Below are positions 38,678 through 49,561 of a stretch of 64,000 nucleotides of DNA, piece after piece (positions within the stretch are counted from its first letter, which is position 1; each line of letters starts with the position of its first letter). The notes beneath the pieces were generated by a model. That model did no database searches and had not been told where the DNA came from. It saw only the letters and a list, made by a program, of their open reading frames with translations. This DNA is from an uncultured virus (IMG/VR IMGVR_UViG_3300021256_000068) (taxonomy: Duplodnaviria; Heunggongvirae; Uroviricota; Caudoviricetes), in the IMG/VR virus record IMGVR_UViG_3300021256_000068, one strand, 5' to 3'. Made by a program: the position numbers and the translations under genes.

Positions 38678-40705
38678 ATGTGGAATAAAGAATGGGAAGG
38701 ATTTATTGCGGGAAAATGAAGTAATGATGAAATAGATGTTAGAGATTTTATCCAATTAAACTATAAACCTTATGAAGGTAATAGTAAGTTTTTAAGCGGT
38801 CCAACTGAAGCCACTTTAACATTATGGCAACAAATTTGTGATTTACAAAAGGAAGAATTAGAAAGAGGCGGCGTTTTTGATGCTGATACTGATATAATTT
38901 CTACTATTGATAGTCATAAACCTGGCTACTTAAATAAAGATTTAGAAAAAATAGTTGGTTTACAAACTGATAAACCATTTAAACGTGCATTAATGCCTTT
39001 TGGTGGTATTAAAATGGCGCGTCAAGCGTGTGAGAATTATGGTTATTATGTTTCAGATAGAGTTAACGACATTTTCAAATATAGAAAAACTCATAATGAT
39101 GGAGTATTTGACGCTTATACTGAAGAAATGAGACTTGCAAGAAAATCTCATATCTTAACAGGTTTACCTGATACTTATGGTAGAGGTAGAATTGTTGGTG
39201 ATTATAGAAGAATTGCGTTATACGGTATTGACTATTTAATTGCCAAAAAAGAAGAAGATAAAAAATTAATTTGCGGCGAAATGACACCAGATCGCATTAG
39301 AGATAGAGAAGAAGTTGCGGAACAAATTAAAGCACTTAAAGCATTAAAGAATATGGCAGCTAAATATGGTTGCGATATATCTAGACCAGCTAAAAATGCA
39401 CAAGAAGCAATTCAATGGTTGTATTTCGGTTATTTAGGTGCAGTAAAAGACCAAAATGGTGCCGCAATGAGTATTGGTCGTAATAGTAACTTTTTAGATA
39501 TTTATATTGAAAGAGATTTGCAAAATGGCACTCTAACAGAGCAAGCGGCGCAAGAGTTGATTGATCATTTTGTAATGAAGCTTCGTATAGTTAAATTTAT
39601 GCGTATTCCATCATATAATGAATTGTTTAGCGGCGACCCAGTATGGGTTACTGAATCTATTGGTGGTATGGGTGTTGATGGTAGACCTTTAGTTACAAAA
39701 ACATCTTATCGTATATTACATACATTAGACAATCTTGGACCCGCACCAGAACCAAATTTAACTGTTTTATGGGATAGAAGATTGCCGCTTGCTTTTAAAC
39801 GATTCTGTGCTGACATCTCAATTAGAACATCTGCAATTCAATATGAATCAGATGAGTTAATGAGACCAAAGATGGGTGATGATTATTGTATCGCTTGTTG
39901 TGTATCTTCAATGAGAGTTGGAAAAGATATGCAATTCTTTGGTGCAAGAGCTAATTTAGCAAAATGTTTATTATATGCTTTAAATGGTGGACAAGATGAG
40001 TTAATGTTTGATGAACATGGAAATCATTTACAAGTCGGTCCAAAATATCGACCAATAGAAGATTTAGATAATCCATTAGATTTTGAAGAAGTAAAGCAAA
40101 AGTATATTGATATGATGGAATGGTTGGCGGGTTTGTATGTTAATACATTAAATCTAATCCATTATATGCACGATAAGTATTCTTATGAAGCTCTTGAAAT
40201 GGCTTTACACGATACAAATGTTCATAGATACTTTGCAACAGGTATCGCGGGATTATCTTGTGCGGTTGATTCACTATCTGCAATTAAATATGCAAAAGTC
40301 TATCCTATTGTAGATGACCGCGACGTAATTGTTGATTTTAATATTGTAGGAGATTATCCTCAGTATGGAAATAATGATGATAGAGTTGATGAAATTGCTG
40401 TTTGGTTAGTAAAAACTTTTATGAATATGATAAAGAAACATTATACATATCGTAATAGTGAACCAACAATGTCTATCTTAACTATAACTTCTAATGTTGT
40501 TTATGGTAAAAAGACAGGTAATACTCCAGATGGACGTCGTGCAGGAACACCTTTAGCTCCAGGTGCAAATCCAATGCATGGTCGAGATAGAAACGGAGCT
40601 TTAGCATCATTATCTTCTGTGGCAAAAATACCTTATGATTATGCAAGAGATGGAATTTCTAATACGTTCTCTGCAACGCAAGAGTCATTAGGTAGAGATG
40701 ATTAA
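38678..40705 (+). CDS. pflB: Pyruvate formate-lyase catalytic part, lacking the C-terminal Gly-radical domain (TGA=Trp at codon 14)
   Basis: [44 protein letters not shown]; stops after ISNTFS. Confidence 0.93.
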
Positions 40706-40929
40706 TGTATAACTTGCAATTAGGAGATAACTTATTTGTCGACATAGATGACGGAGATATATTCATATATAAGTATGGTGATAATCACTTTGCAATAAAA
40801 ACAGTTAAAAATGATTATCATCCACCTGTTGATGAATATACTGTTGAAATACTATCTTTGCACAGTAAGCGTCATTTTCTTTTTAAACGTCAAAATGGCG
40901 CTTATTGGTGGGAAGAAATAAAATATTAG
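40705..40929 (+). CDS. Hypothetical protein
   Basis: TAATG coupling. Confidence 0.65.
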   Translation: MYNLQLGDNLFVDIDDGDIFIYKYGDNHFAIKTVKNDYHPPVDEYTVEILSLHSKRHFLFKRQNGAYWWEEIKY

Positions 40930-40939
40930 AGGTAAAGAT

Positions 40940-41371
40940 ATGAAAAAAGTAATATTATATACATTGTATTGAATTTGGTCTTTTACTTGAGGAATCATTA
41001 TGACATTAATAGGATTTTTCGCCGCTTGCGGTCTTGCAATCTCAGGTCATAAGCCAAAACATTTAGGTCCAAACATTTACTTCGTTGTTGGTAAAGATTG
41101 AGGCGGCGTAAATTTTGGTCCATTCTTCTTAACTAGTGAAAGCGGAGAAGATTCAACTAAATATCATGAGTCTGGTCACGGATTACAAAATCTAATATGA
41201 GGTCCACTTTTCCCTTTTGTTATAGCAATACCAAGTGCAATTAGATATTGGTATAGAGAATTAAAATATTATCGTAAAGGATTATGTCCTGATACTGATT
41301 ACGATAGTATTTGGTTTGAAGGTCAAGCAACAGAATGGGGAAATAAAGTTTACAATAGAAAGGAAAAATAA
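40940..41371 (+). CDS. Membrane-associated HExxH protein (143 aa, 4 TGA)
   Basis: GAGGT SD; hydrophobic N-terminus, HESGHG, WFEGQATEWG; absent from the standard-code track. Confidence 0.75.
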
Positions 41372-41374
41372 TTA

Positions 41375-42040
41375 ATGATAGACAAAAGCAAAATTAAAGT
41401 AGAAATATTAAAACACCCTACTGAACAAGATTGATTATGGGCAAAAACTTGTACTTTAAATACAGTAGGTAAAAAGTTAAAATCTTCAACTACATCAGTA
41501 GATTTAGAATATAAACAAAAATTACTTGCTTCTGAACATAGTCCAATAAGAGAATTATGATTTGGTATTAAATTAACTATTCCATATTTCATTTCAGTTC
41601 ACATTGTTCGTCATCACATTGGTTGTAATCATTATGTTTCAACTCAAAGAGATGATAGACACCCTGAAAGAGAAGTTTCTCGTGAAGATTTACCACAAGG
41701 AACATTTGTATCTCACATCTTATCAATTAATGCGCAGGAACTTATGTTCTTTATGAGAAAAAGATTGTGTAACCAAGCGGACCCACTTATGCGCTATGTA
41801 GCAAATTTGATTAAGAAAGCCGTATTAGAAACAAATCCTGAGTTTGAAGGTTTACTTGTGCCGCTTTGTGAATACAGAAATGGAATGTGTACAGAAATGT
41901 TCCCTTGCGAAAAGGCAAAAACTTTCCGTGCTGGTCTTGCTCAAATCTTAAAAATTCTTGGTAATGATGAACTTTCAAAAGATGAGCTTGAAAAGATTGT
42001 TGAAATTTTATACAAGATAAAAGAAAAAGAGTCTATATAG
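41375..42040 (+). CDS. thyX: Flavin-dependent thymidylate synthase (TGA at codons 20 and 62)
   Basis: SEHSPIRE, VRHH...STQRDDR, INAQEL, KRLC. Confidence 0.85.
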
Positions 42041-42050
42041 GCTCTTTTTT
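42024..42050 (+). terminator. Intrinsic terminator
   Basis: AAAAGAGTCT/AGGCTCTTTT plus T-run. Confidence 0.7.
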
Positions 42051-42124
42051 GATTCATTTTTGAACCAAATTTTATTCTGTTTTTAGAAACTTTATAAAAC
42101 ACTAATATAGAAGTGAAAAAATAT

Positions 42125-42153
42125 TTGACAAAAGGGAAATTTTATCATATAAT
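42125..42153 (+). promoter_or_regulatory. Sigma-A-type promoter
   Basis: TTGACA-17 nt-TATAAT. Confidence 0.85.
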
Positions 42154-42193
42154 ATATTTATAAATAAAAGTAAAGGAGTAATAATAGATAATT

Positions 42194-44143
42194 ATGGCTG
42201 TAAAATATGATGAAAACAGTATAACCACATTGGATTATCGTGAAGCAGCTCGTCAATCTATAGGTATGTATATTGGTGGTAATAGTGCCGAAAATATGCA
42301 ACATTTAGTAACCGAAATTGTTTCTAACGCTATGGATGAAGCCGCAGAAGGTTATGGTAAATTAATTCAAGTAATTGTTAATACAAATGATAATTCAGTA
42401 GAAGTAATTGACCAAGGTCGTGGTATACCTTATAAGAAAAATAAAGCAGGTAAATTCGCAATTGTTGAAATGTGTACTAGTTTACACTCAGGAGGAAAGT
42501 TTGAAGGACAAGGAAACTACAAGTCTTCTCTTGGTTTAAATGGTGTAGGTGCAACAATCACAAACGCATTATCAACAACATTTATAATTAACGTATGGAG
42601 AGATGGCGAACATTGTACATTCTCTGTATTAGATGGAAAACATGGTGACCCAGTCGTTGAAAAATATAGCGGCACAAAACAGGGTTCAAGTGTATATTTT
42701 ATTCCAGATGCAAAAGTATTTAGTAATGCAAAATGGGATATTGAAAAGATTAGAGAAGAACTTCAACTTCACGCATTACTTAACAATGGTATCACTTTTG
42801 AACTTATTGTTAATACTGATGGAAAGAAAGTTCAAGACATTAAATATTTATACAAGTCTGGTTTAAAGGATTTATTATTAATCAAGAGTGAAGGAAAGAA
42901 GATGTTAACTGACATTACTTACTTCAAGACAACTACTGAACATGATAGCGAAAATGTATCCGCTGACGTAGAAATTGCTTTTGCTTATACTGATGAACCA
43001 GGTGAACGTATTTATTCATTCGTTAATGGTGGTTATACACCAAATGATGGAACTCACGTAACAGGTTTTAAGACTGCATTTACTTCATTAATGAATAAAA
43101 TGGGTAAAGAATTAGGTTTCTTAAAAGATGATAAGAAATTTAGCGGCGATAGTGTTAGACGTGGATTAGTATTATGTTTAAGTATTAAAATGACACAAAG
43201 ACCAATGTTTGCTGAACAAACTAAGAAAACTTTAAATAGCCCTTGTGCTAGACAGTTAGTAAGTAAAGCAGTTGGTAAATTACAAATAGAAAATAATGTA
43301 ATTAAACAAATATTAAAGAAAATTGAAAATGAGCAAAAAGCCGAAGAAGCAGCACAACGTAAACGTGAAGCACAAGAAAAGATAGCTAAGGGTGGTCACT
43401 CAATGAATAGTTTAAGAGACTTACCTGAAAAATTAGCGGACGCAAGTGACTTCACAAATGCAGAAATCTTCTTCTGTGAGGGAGACTCAGCTGCTGGTGG
43501 CGCAAAGACAGTTAAAGCAAAAAATCAAGCAATTATGCCTTTAAGAGGTAAGATTTTAAACACAACTTGTAAAGAACTTGCGGACATAATTAAGTCAGAT
43601 ATCATTAAAGATATATTAACTTGTCTTGGTTGCGGAATTGGAGATAATTTTAATATTAAAAATCTTCGTTATGATAAGTTAATTATTATGACAGATGCGG
43701 ATTCAGATGGTAAGCATATTGAACTATTATTAATGACATTATTCTTACATCACTTACCTGAGTTAGTAAAACAAGGTAAAGTTTATGTAACAACACCACC
43801 ATTATTTAAAACTACAACAAGTCGCGGAGAAGTTAAGTATTGGTATGAAGAGAATAGTGAATTTAAAAAATATGTAAGAAATCACTCTGGATTAGATATA
43901 ATTCGTTATAAAGGTCTTGGTGAGCAAGATGCAAAAGAATTATATTCAACTACAATGGACCCAGCAAATCGTAAGTTAGTACAATTAACTACTAATGATA
44001 TTGAAAAAACATTAGAATTATATTCAAAATTAATGGGTAAGAGTGCCGCAGAACGCCGCAATTATATTATTTCTCATAATATGTTAGCTTATGATGCTGC
44101 AGATGATGACTTTGAAGATTTAGAGGATTTTGATGAGGAATAG
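42194..44143 (+). CDS. gyrB: Type IIA topoisomerase B subunit (GyrB/ParE-like)
   Basis: GMYIG, EIVSNAMDE, DQGRGIP, LHSGGKF, EGDSA, PLRGKILN, MTDADSDG, RYKGLGE. Confidence 0.93.
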   Translation: MAVKYDENSITTLDYREAARQSIGMYIGGNSAENMQHLVTEIVSNAMDEAAEGYGKLIQVIVNTNDNSVEVIDQGRGIPYKKNKAGKFAIVEMCTSLHSGGKFEGQGNYKSSLGLNGVGATITNALSTTFIINVWRDGEHCTFSVLDGKHGDPVVEKYSGTKQGSSVYFIPDAKVFSNAKWDIEKIREELQLHALLNNGITFELIVNTDGKKVQDIKYLYKSGLKDLLLIKSEGKKMLTDITYFKTTTEHDSENVSADVEIAFAYTDEPGERIYSFVNGGYTPNDGTHVTGFKTAFTSLMNKMGKELGFLKDDKKFSGDSVRRGLVLCLSIKMTQRPMFAEQTKKTLNSPCARQLVSKAVGKLQIENNVIKQILKKIENEQKAEEAAQRKREAQEKIAKGGHSMNSLRDLPEKLADASDFTNAEIFFCEGDSAAGGAKTVKAKNQAIMPLRGKILNTTCKELADIIKSDIIKDILTCLGCGIGDNFNIKNLRYDKLIIMTDADSDGKHIELLLMTLFLHHLPELVKQGKVYVTTPPLFKTTTSRGEVKYWYEENSEFKKYVRNHSGLDIIRYKGLGEQDAKELYSTTMDPANRKLVQLTTNDIEKTLELYSKLMGKSAAERRNYIISHNMLAYDAADDDFEDLEDFDEE

Positions 44144-44152
44144 AAAATTTCC

Positions 44153-44181
44153 TTGACAAAAGCGAAAAAATATAATATACT
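44153..44181 (+). promoter_or_regulatory. Sigma-A-type promoter
   Basis: TTGACA-17 nt-TATACT. Confidence 0.75.
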
Positions 44182-44227
44182 ATATTAGTAAAAGAAAATA
44201 ATAAAAAACAAAAGGACGGATTTAAAA

Positions 44228-44542
44228 ATGGAAGAAAACAAACAACAAACACCTCAATTCAATGGTTGGAAAGATGCAAAGATTGATGCAAATATGCCAA
44301 TTCAAGGAATTGTTGAATTATTAAATATTATTAATCAAAGATTAATTTTAATTGAAGACCAATTAACTATTAAAGTTGGTGAAGGTCAAAATATTACTTT
44401 AACTCAATATTGGATTGAAGTTCAAAAACAAGAATATCAAAGAATGATGGAAGAATATCAAAAGCAAATGGAAGCTCAAAAAGCACAAGCAAAAGAACAA
44501 GCTAATGAGCAACCAACTGAAAATCCATCAGAAGTACAATAA
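44228..44542 (+). CDS. Hypothetical Gln/Glu-rich protein
   Basis: 104-aa ORF between the topoisomerase subunit genes. Confidence 0.75.
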   Translation: MEENKQQTPQFNGWKDAKIDANMPIQGIVELLNIINQRLILIEDQLTIKVGEGQNITLTQYWIEVQKQEYQRMMEEYQKQMEAQKAQAKEQANEQPTENPSEVQ

Positions 44543-44564
44543 TTAAGAAAGGGCATAGATAACA

Positions 44565-46802
44565 ATGGATATAAAAGATGAAAATTATTTAAACGAACGT
44601 AGTTCACAAGACTTTGGTATTTATGCCAATAGTGTAATTAAAGCAAGAGCAATCAGTAGTGTAGAAGATAATTTAAAACCTATTCATAGAAAAGTTCTTT
44701 GGACTTTATTTGAAGATAAGGTTTATGATAAAGGTAAAACTGTAAAATGCGCAAGAATTGTCGGTGATGCAATGAAATATTCACCACACGGCGATTCTTC
44801 AATTTATGGTGCATTAGTTCGTTTAGGACAATGGTGGAAATTAAAATATCCACTAATCACTATGCAAGGTAATATGGGTAATATTCTAGGTGATGGTCCT
44901 GCGGCAATGCGTTATACTGAATGTAAGTTAAGTTCTATTGGAATGGCAATGCTTGATGGTATCAAGAATGATTGTGTTCCATTTAAGAAGAATTATGATG
45001 GTACTTGCGAAGAACCAATAATGCTACCATCTAAGTTCCCATTCTTATTATGTGGAAATAATATGGGTATTGCAGTAGGTTTAAGTGCTAGTTTAGTTTC
45101 GCATAATTTTAGTGAAGTATATAATGCAATCTGTTATTATATGGAACACAAAGATTGTTCTGTTGCAGATTTACTTCAGTTCATTCAAGGTCCAGATTTC
45201 CCAACTGGCGGAAAAATATTAAATGGTGAAGATTTGCTATCAATTTACACTAATGGTGTTGGTGCGGTAAAAGTTCAAGCACATTATGAAATTTTGAAAG
45301 AAAATCAAAAGACTAAAATTATTTTTACTGATTTACCTTATGGTGTTGAAGTAGAAAATGGCGTTAAAAAACAACTTAAAAAGTTAGTTTTAGATGATGG
45401 TAATACTGAATTTGAAGATATTATTGTTGAAGGTGGAGACACATTAGATAGCTTAAAGATAACTGTTGTACTATCAAAGAATGCTAATGTAGGCAAGTGT
45501 CTAGAAATGTTATTTCAAAAAACAGGATTACAATCAACTATTAAAATAAATCAAACAGTAATTGTAAATGGTCAACCAAGAACTTTATCATTAAAAGAAA
45601 TGGTTTCTTCTTGGGTAGATTATAGAAGTTCAATTATCAAAAAGATAAAAGAAGATGAGTATGGTAAGACAAATCATAAATTAACTGTAGTAATTGGTCT
45701 ACAAAAGTGTATGAGTGATATTGATAAATTAATTAATCTTATCCGTAATGCCGCAAATCGTACATATGCACGTGATGCAATTATGAAAGAATTTGAACTT
45801 ACTGTTGAACAAGCAGATGCGGTTTTAGATATGAAATTAAGTAAATTAAGTAAGTTAGATTTGACTGAACTTAATGATGAAGAAAGTAATTTGGAGCAAA
45901 CTTTAGCCGCATTAAAGAAAGTTATTGAAGATGAAACATTACGTTTCGATATCATCAAAAAAGAACTTCAAGAAATTAAAAAGACTATTGGTGAAGATAA
46001 CCGTTTAACTGAGATTTTATATAACAGACCTGTTGAAGGAACTGTTGCCGCAGATATCGCAGTTAAAAAAGAATATCTAGTATATCCTAATGGATTAAGA
46101 CCATTTGTTGATGGAAACATTACAGTTGATAATGATTTAGTTGCATCTGTAATGAGTTATAATTCACAAGACATTTATGGTTATAATAAGGCAGGAGATA
46201 TTATGCCAATTAATATGGCAACAGACATAATTGGTGCTTGTGTTAAGAGTGATAAGAAAGATAAGATTGTTAGTGTTACAAAGAATGGTAATGTAAAGGT
46301 GTCATTAGTATCTCAATATAAGCTAAATAAAGTTGAAAAAGTTATGAAACTTAAAGATGATGATGAATTAGTATTTGCATCATTCTGCGGCGACAATGAC
46401 TACTTAATCTTATTTGATGCACAAGAATGTAAAGTATTAAAATTAGCAGTAAAGGATTTAACAGTAGCAAGTAAAGCTACATTGGGCGTAAAGAGTGGTC
46501 ATGAGAATATCACTAGCGCCGCAATAGTTACCGATAATGATGTATTGCTTTGTATTATTGGCGGAAGTAAAGGAAAGTTTACATCAGTAAAAGATTTCTC
46601 AGTAGATAATAGAGGAAATAAGGGACAAACTGTTGCAGAGAACACAACATCTATAACTGCTTTTGAAAATGGTAGAACTAATATCTATGTAATTCCAAAG
46701 ATGGGAAAAGTAGCATTAGTTGATAGCAAAAAGTTGTCAATTAAAGGCAAGACAGCAAGCGGCGCTAGTTTGTCAAATAAAGTTATTGTAAAAACTGTAT
46801 AA
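44565..46802 (+). CDS. gyrA: Type IIA topoisomerase A subunit (GyrA/ParC-like)
   Basis: LKPIHRK, SPHGDSSIY, AAMRYTE, GIAVG, GPDFPTGG, QADAVLDMKL. Confidence 0.93.
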   Translation: MDIKDENYLNERSSQDFGIYANSVIKARAISSVEDNLKPIHRKVLWTLFEDKVYDKGKTVKCARIVGDAMKYSPHGDSSIYGALVRLGQWWKLKYPLITMQGNMGNILGDGPAAMRYTECKLSSIGMAMLDGIKNDCVPFKKNYDGTCEEPIMLPSKFPFLLCGNNMGIAVGLSASLVSHNFSEVYNAICYYMEHKDCSVADLLQFIQGPDFPTGGKILNGEDLLSIYTNGVGAVKVQAHYEILKENQKTKIIFTDLPYGVEVENGVKKQLKKLVLDDGNTEFEDIIVEGGDTLDSLKITVVLSKNANVGKCLEMLFQKTGLQSTIKINQTVIVNGQPRTLSLKEMVSSWVDYRSSIIKKIKEDEYGKTNHKLTVVIGLQKCMSDIDKLINLIRNAANRTYARDAIMKEFELTVEQADAVLDMKLSKLSKLDLTELNDEESNLEQTLAALKKVIEDETLRFDIIKKELQEIKKTIGEDNRLTEILYNRPVEGTVAADIAVKKEYLVYPNGLRPFVDGNITVDNDLVASVMSYNSQDIYGYNKAGDIMPINMATDIIGACVKSDKKDKIVSVTKNGNVKVSLVSQYKLNKVEKVMKLKDDDELVFASFCGDNDYLILFDAQECKVLKLAVKDLTVASKATLGVKSGHENITSAAIVTDNDVLLCIIGGSKGKFTSVKDFSVDNRGNKGQTVAENTTSITAFENGRTNIYVIPKMGKVALVDSKKLSIKGKTASGASLSNKVIVKTV

Positions 46803-46809
46803 AAAAATA

Positions 46810-46838
46810 TTGACAACAATGAAAAAATATGCTATAAT
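46810..46838 (+). promoter_or_regulatory. Sigma-A-type promoter
   Basis: TTGACA-17 nt-TATAAT with TGn extension. Confidence 0.85.
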
Positions 46839-46872
46839 ATATATGTAACTGAGTTACAAAGGAGTTTTATAA

Positions 46873-47157
46873 ATGGAAAATTTCATTTTAACCCCAAATT
46901 GTAGGATAGTATTAGATTATATGTATAAAAACGAACAAACTTTTGTCGGCAAGGATTTGATAGACCTTGTCGGCATAAAAGGTATTTATCCTGTATTGAG
47001 GTCATTATGCGACAAAGGTTTAATTGAAAAGAAAGAACCTATCATAAGAGATTTCACATCAAAAGATGGAAAAGTTTGTCAAAATGAGTATAAGACTTAT
47101 CGAATAACTGATAGCGGAAAAAGTTATGTTGATAGTGGCTTAAATAAAATAGTATAA
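46873..47157 (+). CDS. Winged-helix DNA-binding protein
   Basis: IYPVLRSLCDKGLIE...YRITDSGK (PadR/MarR-like pattern). Confidence 0.7.
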   Translation: MENFILTPNCRIVLDYMYKNEQTFVGKDLIDLVGIKGIYPVLRSLCDKGLIEKKEPIIRDFTSKDGKVCQNEYKTYRITDSGKSYVDSGLNKIV

Positions 47158-47207
47158 AATAACACTAACCAAAAGAAAAAATTAGAAAGAAAAGAGAGAA
47201 AAGAAAA

Positions 47208-48104
47208 ATGGCAGAAAAGAAAAATTTAACAAACACATTTACAGTAGTAGGACACTTAAAGTCAGTTGAGTACAGAAACAAGGAAAAGTTAGCAGAGCAA
47301 GTATCAGCTAAGGCTACTATTGAATCTGAAATCGGCGGACAAACAAAGGAATATGAAATTGAATTCTTCTCAAAAGCAACAACTGCAGCTGGTGCACCTA
47401 ATAAGTTATATGCAACTTATGTTGACTTAGAAAAGAATATTGGTAAGAAAATTAAAGTAACAGGTGAATTTAGAGAGAACCGTTACTACAGCTCAACTAA
47501 GGAAGCAGTAGTTAGTGTAAATGTATTAAGTGGACGTTTCATTAACTATGATGTAAAAGATGCTGATACAGCAACTTTCGAATTCCAAGGTTTCGTAATT
47601 AAGGAGTTAGCTGAAAAGACAAATAAAGAGGGAGAAATCTATCAATATAATATTGGTATTGCTCAAGAGGGTTATAAGGAAAATTCATTAACAGTTATCA
47701 ACTTTAATGTATCTACTGAACCTGAAAGCTCTGAAATTGTTAATATTATTAGAGACCAATATTTAATTGGTAACTCTGTAACTATTACAGGTGACTTAGA
47801 TTTCTATAGTGAAACTACAACTTCTGAAATTAATCAAGAGGGTGGTTTCGGTAAGCCAATTGTAAGAGAATATACTAATACTTATAGAAATTACTTTATT
47901 ACTGGTGGTTTAGCTCCATTCTCACCAGATGATGAGAAAGCATTCTATAATGATGACAAGATTGCTACTTTAGTACAAGCTTATAAAGCTCATGATGTAG
48001 AACTAGAGAAGGAAGCAAAAGAGAAAGAAAACACTACAACTCCTACTCAATCTACAACTCCTGCGGCAAAACCTGCTGCTAAGAGAACTGGTAGTTTAAT
48101 TTAA
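47208..48104 (+). CDS. Putative single-stranded DNA-binding protein
   Basis: Position in the replication operon, duplicated beta-rich (OB-like) segments, flexible C-terminal tail. Confidence 0.55.
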   Translation: MAEKKNLTNTFTVVGHLKSVEYRNKEKLAEQVSAKATIESEIGGQTKEYEIEFFSKATTAAGAPNKLYATYVDLEKNIGKKIKVTGEFRENRYYSSTKEAVVSVNVLSGRFINYDVKDADTATFEFQGFVIKELAEKTNKEGEIYQYNIGIAQEGYKENSLTVINFNVSTEPESSEIVNIIRDQYLIGNSVTITGDLDFYSETTTSEINQEGGFGKPIVREYTNTYRNYFITGGLAPFSPDDEKAFYNDDKIATLVQAYKAHDVELEKEAKEKENTTTPTQSTTPAAKPAAKRTGSLI

Positions 48105-48106
48105 TT

Positions 48107-48135
48107 GAAGGGGAGTAATCCCCTTCTTATTTTTT
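48107..48135 (+). terminator. Intrinsic terminator
   Basis: GAAGGGGA-GTAA-TCCCCTTC plus T-run. Confidence 0.75.
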
Positions 48136-48166
48136 CAAATGACAAACGATAGAGAGGAGAAGAATT

Positions 48167-49108
48167 ATGAATCTTTGGGAATTAGAACCACAAAAAATAA
48201 CATCAACATTAAATGATAAGATATTCCAATTTTATGGCGACAACTCAACTCGTAAGACATCTGTTGCCGCAAAATTTCCTGGCAGTATAATCTTTGGTTT
48301 TGAAAAAGGTTATCAATGTATTGATGGAGTTTATGCAATTCCAGTAGATACTTGGTCAAAATTTAAAGATTATTTAAGACAATTAAAAGACCCACGTTCA
48401 AAAGCAAAGTTCAAGACAGTTGTTATTGATACAACTAGAATTGCATACGATTGCTGTACAACTTGGTTATTAAACACATATGAAAAGACTGATATTACTG
48501 ACATTGGAACAAAAGGTAAAGGTTGGTCTTTATTAAAGAAAGAGTTTAGTGATGTATTAAATAGTATTCCTAAGATGGGATATGGTTTAATTTTAATTAC
48601 TCACGCAGATGAGTCTGAAAAAGATGGAAAATTAACAATTAAGACTGACTTAGATAAAGTTGCTACTGCAGTTGTTAATAAGTTAGTTGACTTCCAACTT
48701 TATGTTCGTAAGGAAACAAAAACTGAGGGAGAACAAGAGGAATTAACTGTATTTGCATATTCTGACTTAGACTTCGCAGATACAAAGCATAGACTTCGTT
48801 ACTTCCCAAAAAGATTTGAATTTACTTATGACAATTTATTAGACGCATATAATTATGCTCTTGAACAAGAAGTAGCGCACGGTGCAGTATTAGATAATGA
48901 GGGTTCAAATCTAGCAAAAGAGTCTGAAACATTAGAAGACGTAAGAAATACAGTTATCGAATTAGTAAAACAAGACCCTGAAAATGAGCAAGTAGTTGAG
49001 TATATATCATCTCATTTCGATGTAAGACTTAGTGAAACTACTGAAAAGGACTATGATAAATTAGTTGCGGCTAGAGATTTCTTAGAGTCCTTATTTAACG
49101 CAGAATAG
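48167..49108 (+). CDS. AAA_24/Sak4-like NTPase (recombination)
   Basis: YGDNSTRKTS degenerate P-loop, FEKGY, VVIDT, LITHA. Confidence 0.75.
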   Translation: MNLWELEPQKITSTLNDKIFQFYGDNSTRKTSVAAKFPGSIIFGFEKGYQCIDGVYAIPVDTWSKFKDYLRQLKDPRSKAKFKTVVIDTTRIAYDCCTTWLLNTYEKTDITDIGTKGKGWSLLKKEFSDVLNSIPKMGYGLILITHADESEKDGKLTIKTDLDKVATAVVNKLVDFQLYVRKETKTEGEQEELTVFAYSDLDFADTKHRLRYFPKRFEFTYDNLLDAYNYALEQEVAHGAVLDNEGSNLAKESETLEDVRNTVIELVKQDPENEQVVEYISSHFDVRLSETTEKDYDKLVAARDFLESLFNAE

Positions 49109-49536
49109 TGGACCCAAAACTTTTTACTAAAACACAACTTGAAGAATTAATATTGGAGTTATCTGGATTAACTAAGATGACTCCAATGATTAATAGACAA
49201 ATTAGCCGCTTTGTTATTGACAATAAAATGTCATATCTAGAAATAGCAAGATGTGTAGATTATTATGTAGAAATTTTAGGACATGAAATTAAGCCAGAGT
49301 ATGGAATTGCTTTTGTTACAAGCATCCGTGAACCTGCGGCAGAATATTTTAAAAAGCTTGAGCTTGACAAGCAAAAACAGCAACAAGAAGCTGAAAAAGT
49401 TATTAAATATCAAGACAAGAATATTATTATCAACATAAAGTCGTATAATTTGTTAAATAAACCTAGACCGCCAAAGAGTTTTGATATGAGTGCGATAAAG
49501 GTTTGCGAAGATGACGACACAAACGATTCAAATTAA
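49108..49536 (+). CDS. Hypothetical protein upstream of the helicase
   Basis: GTG start overlapping the previous stop. Confidence 0.7.
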   Translation: MDPKLFTKTQLEELILELSGLTKMTPMINRQISRFVIDNKMSYLEIARCVDYYVEILGHEIKPEYGIAFVTSIREPAAEYFKKLELDKQKQQQEAEKVIKYQDKNIIINIKSYNLLNKPRPPKSFDMSAIKVCEDDDTNDSN

Positions 49537-49561
49537 ATAGAAGTAAAAAGGAGCAGGTCTG

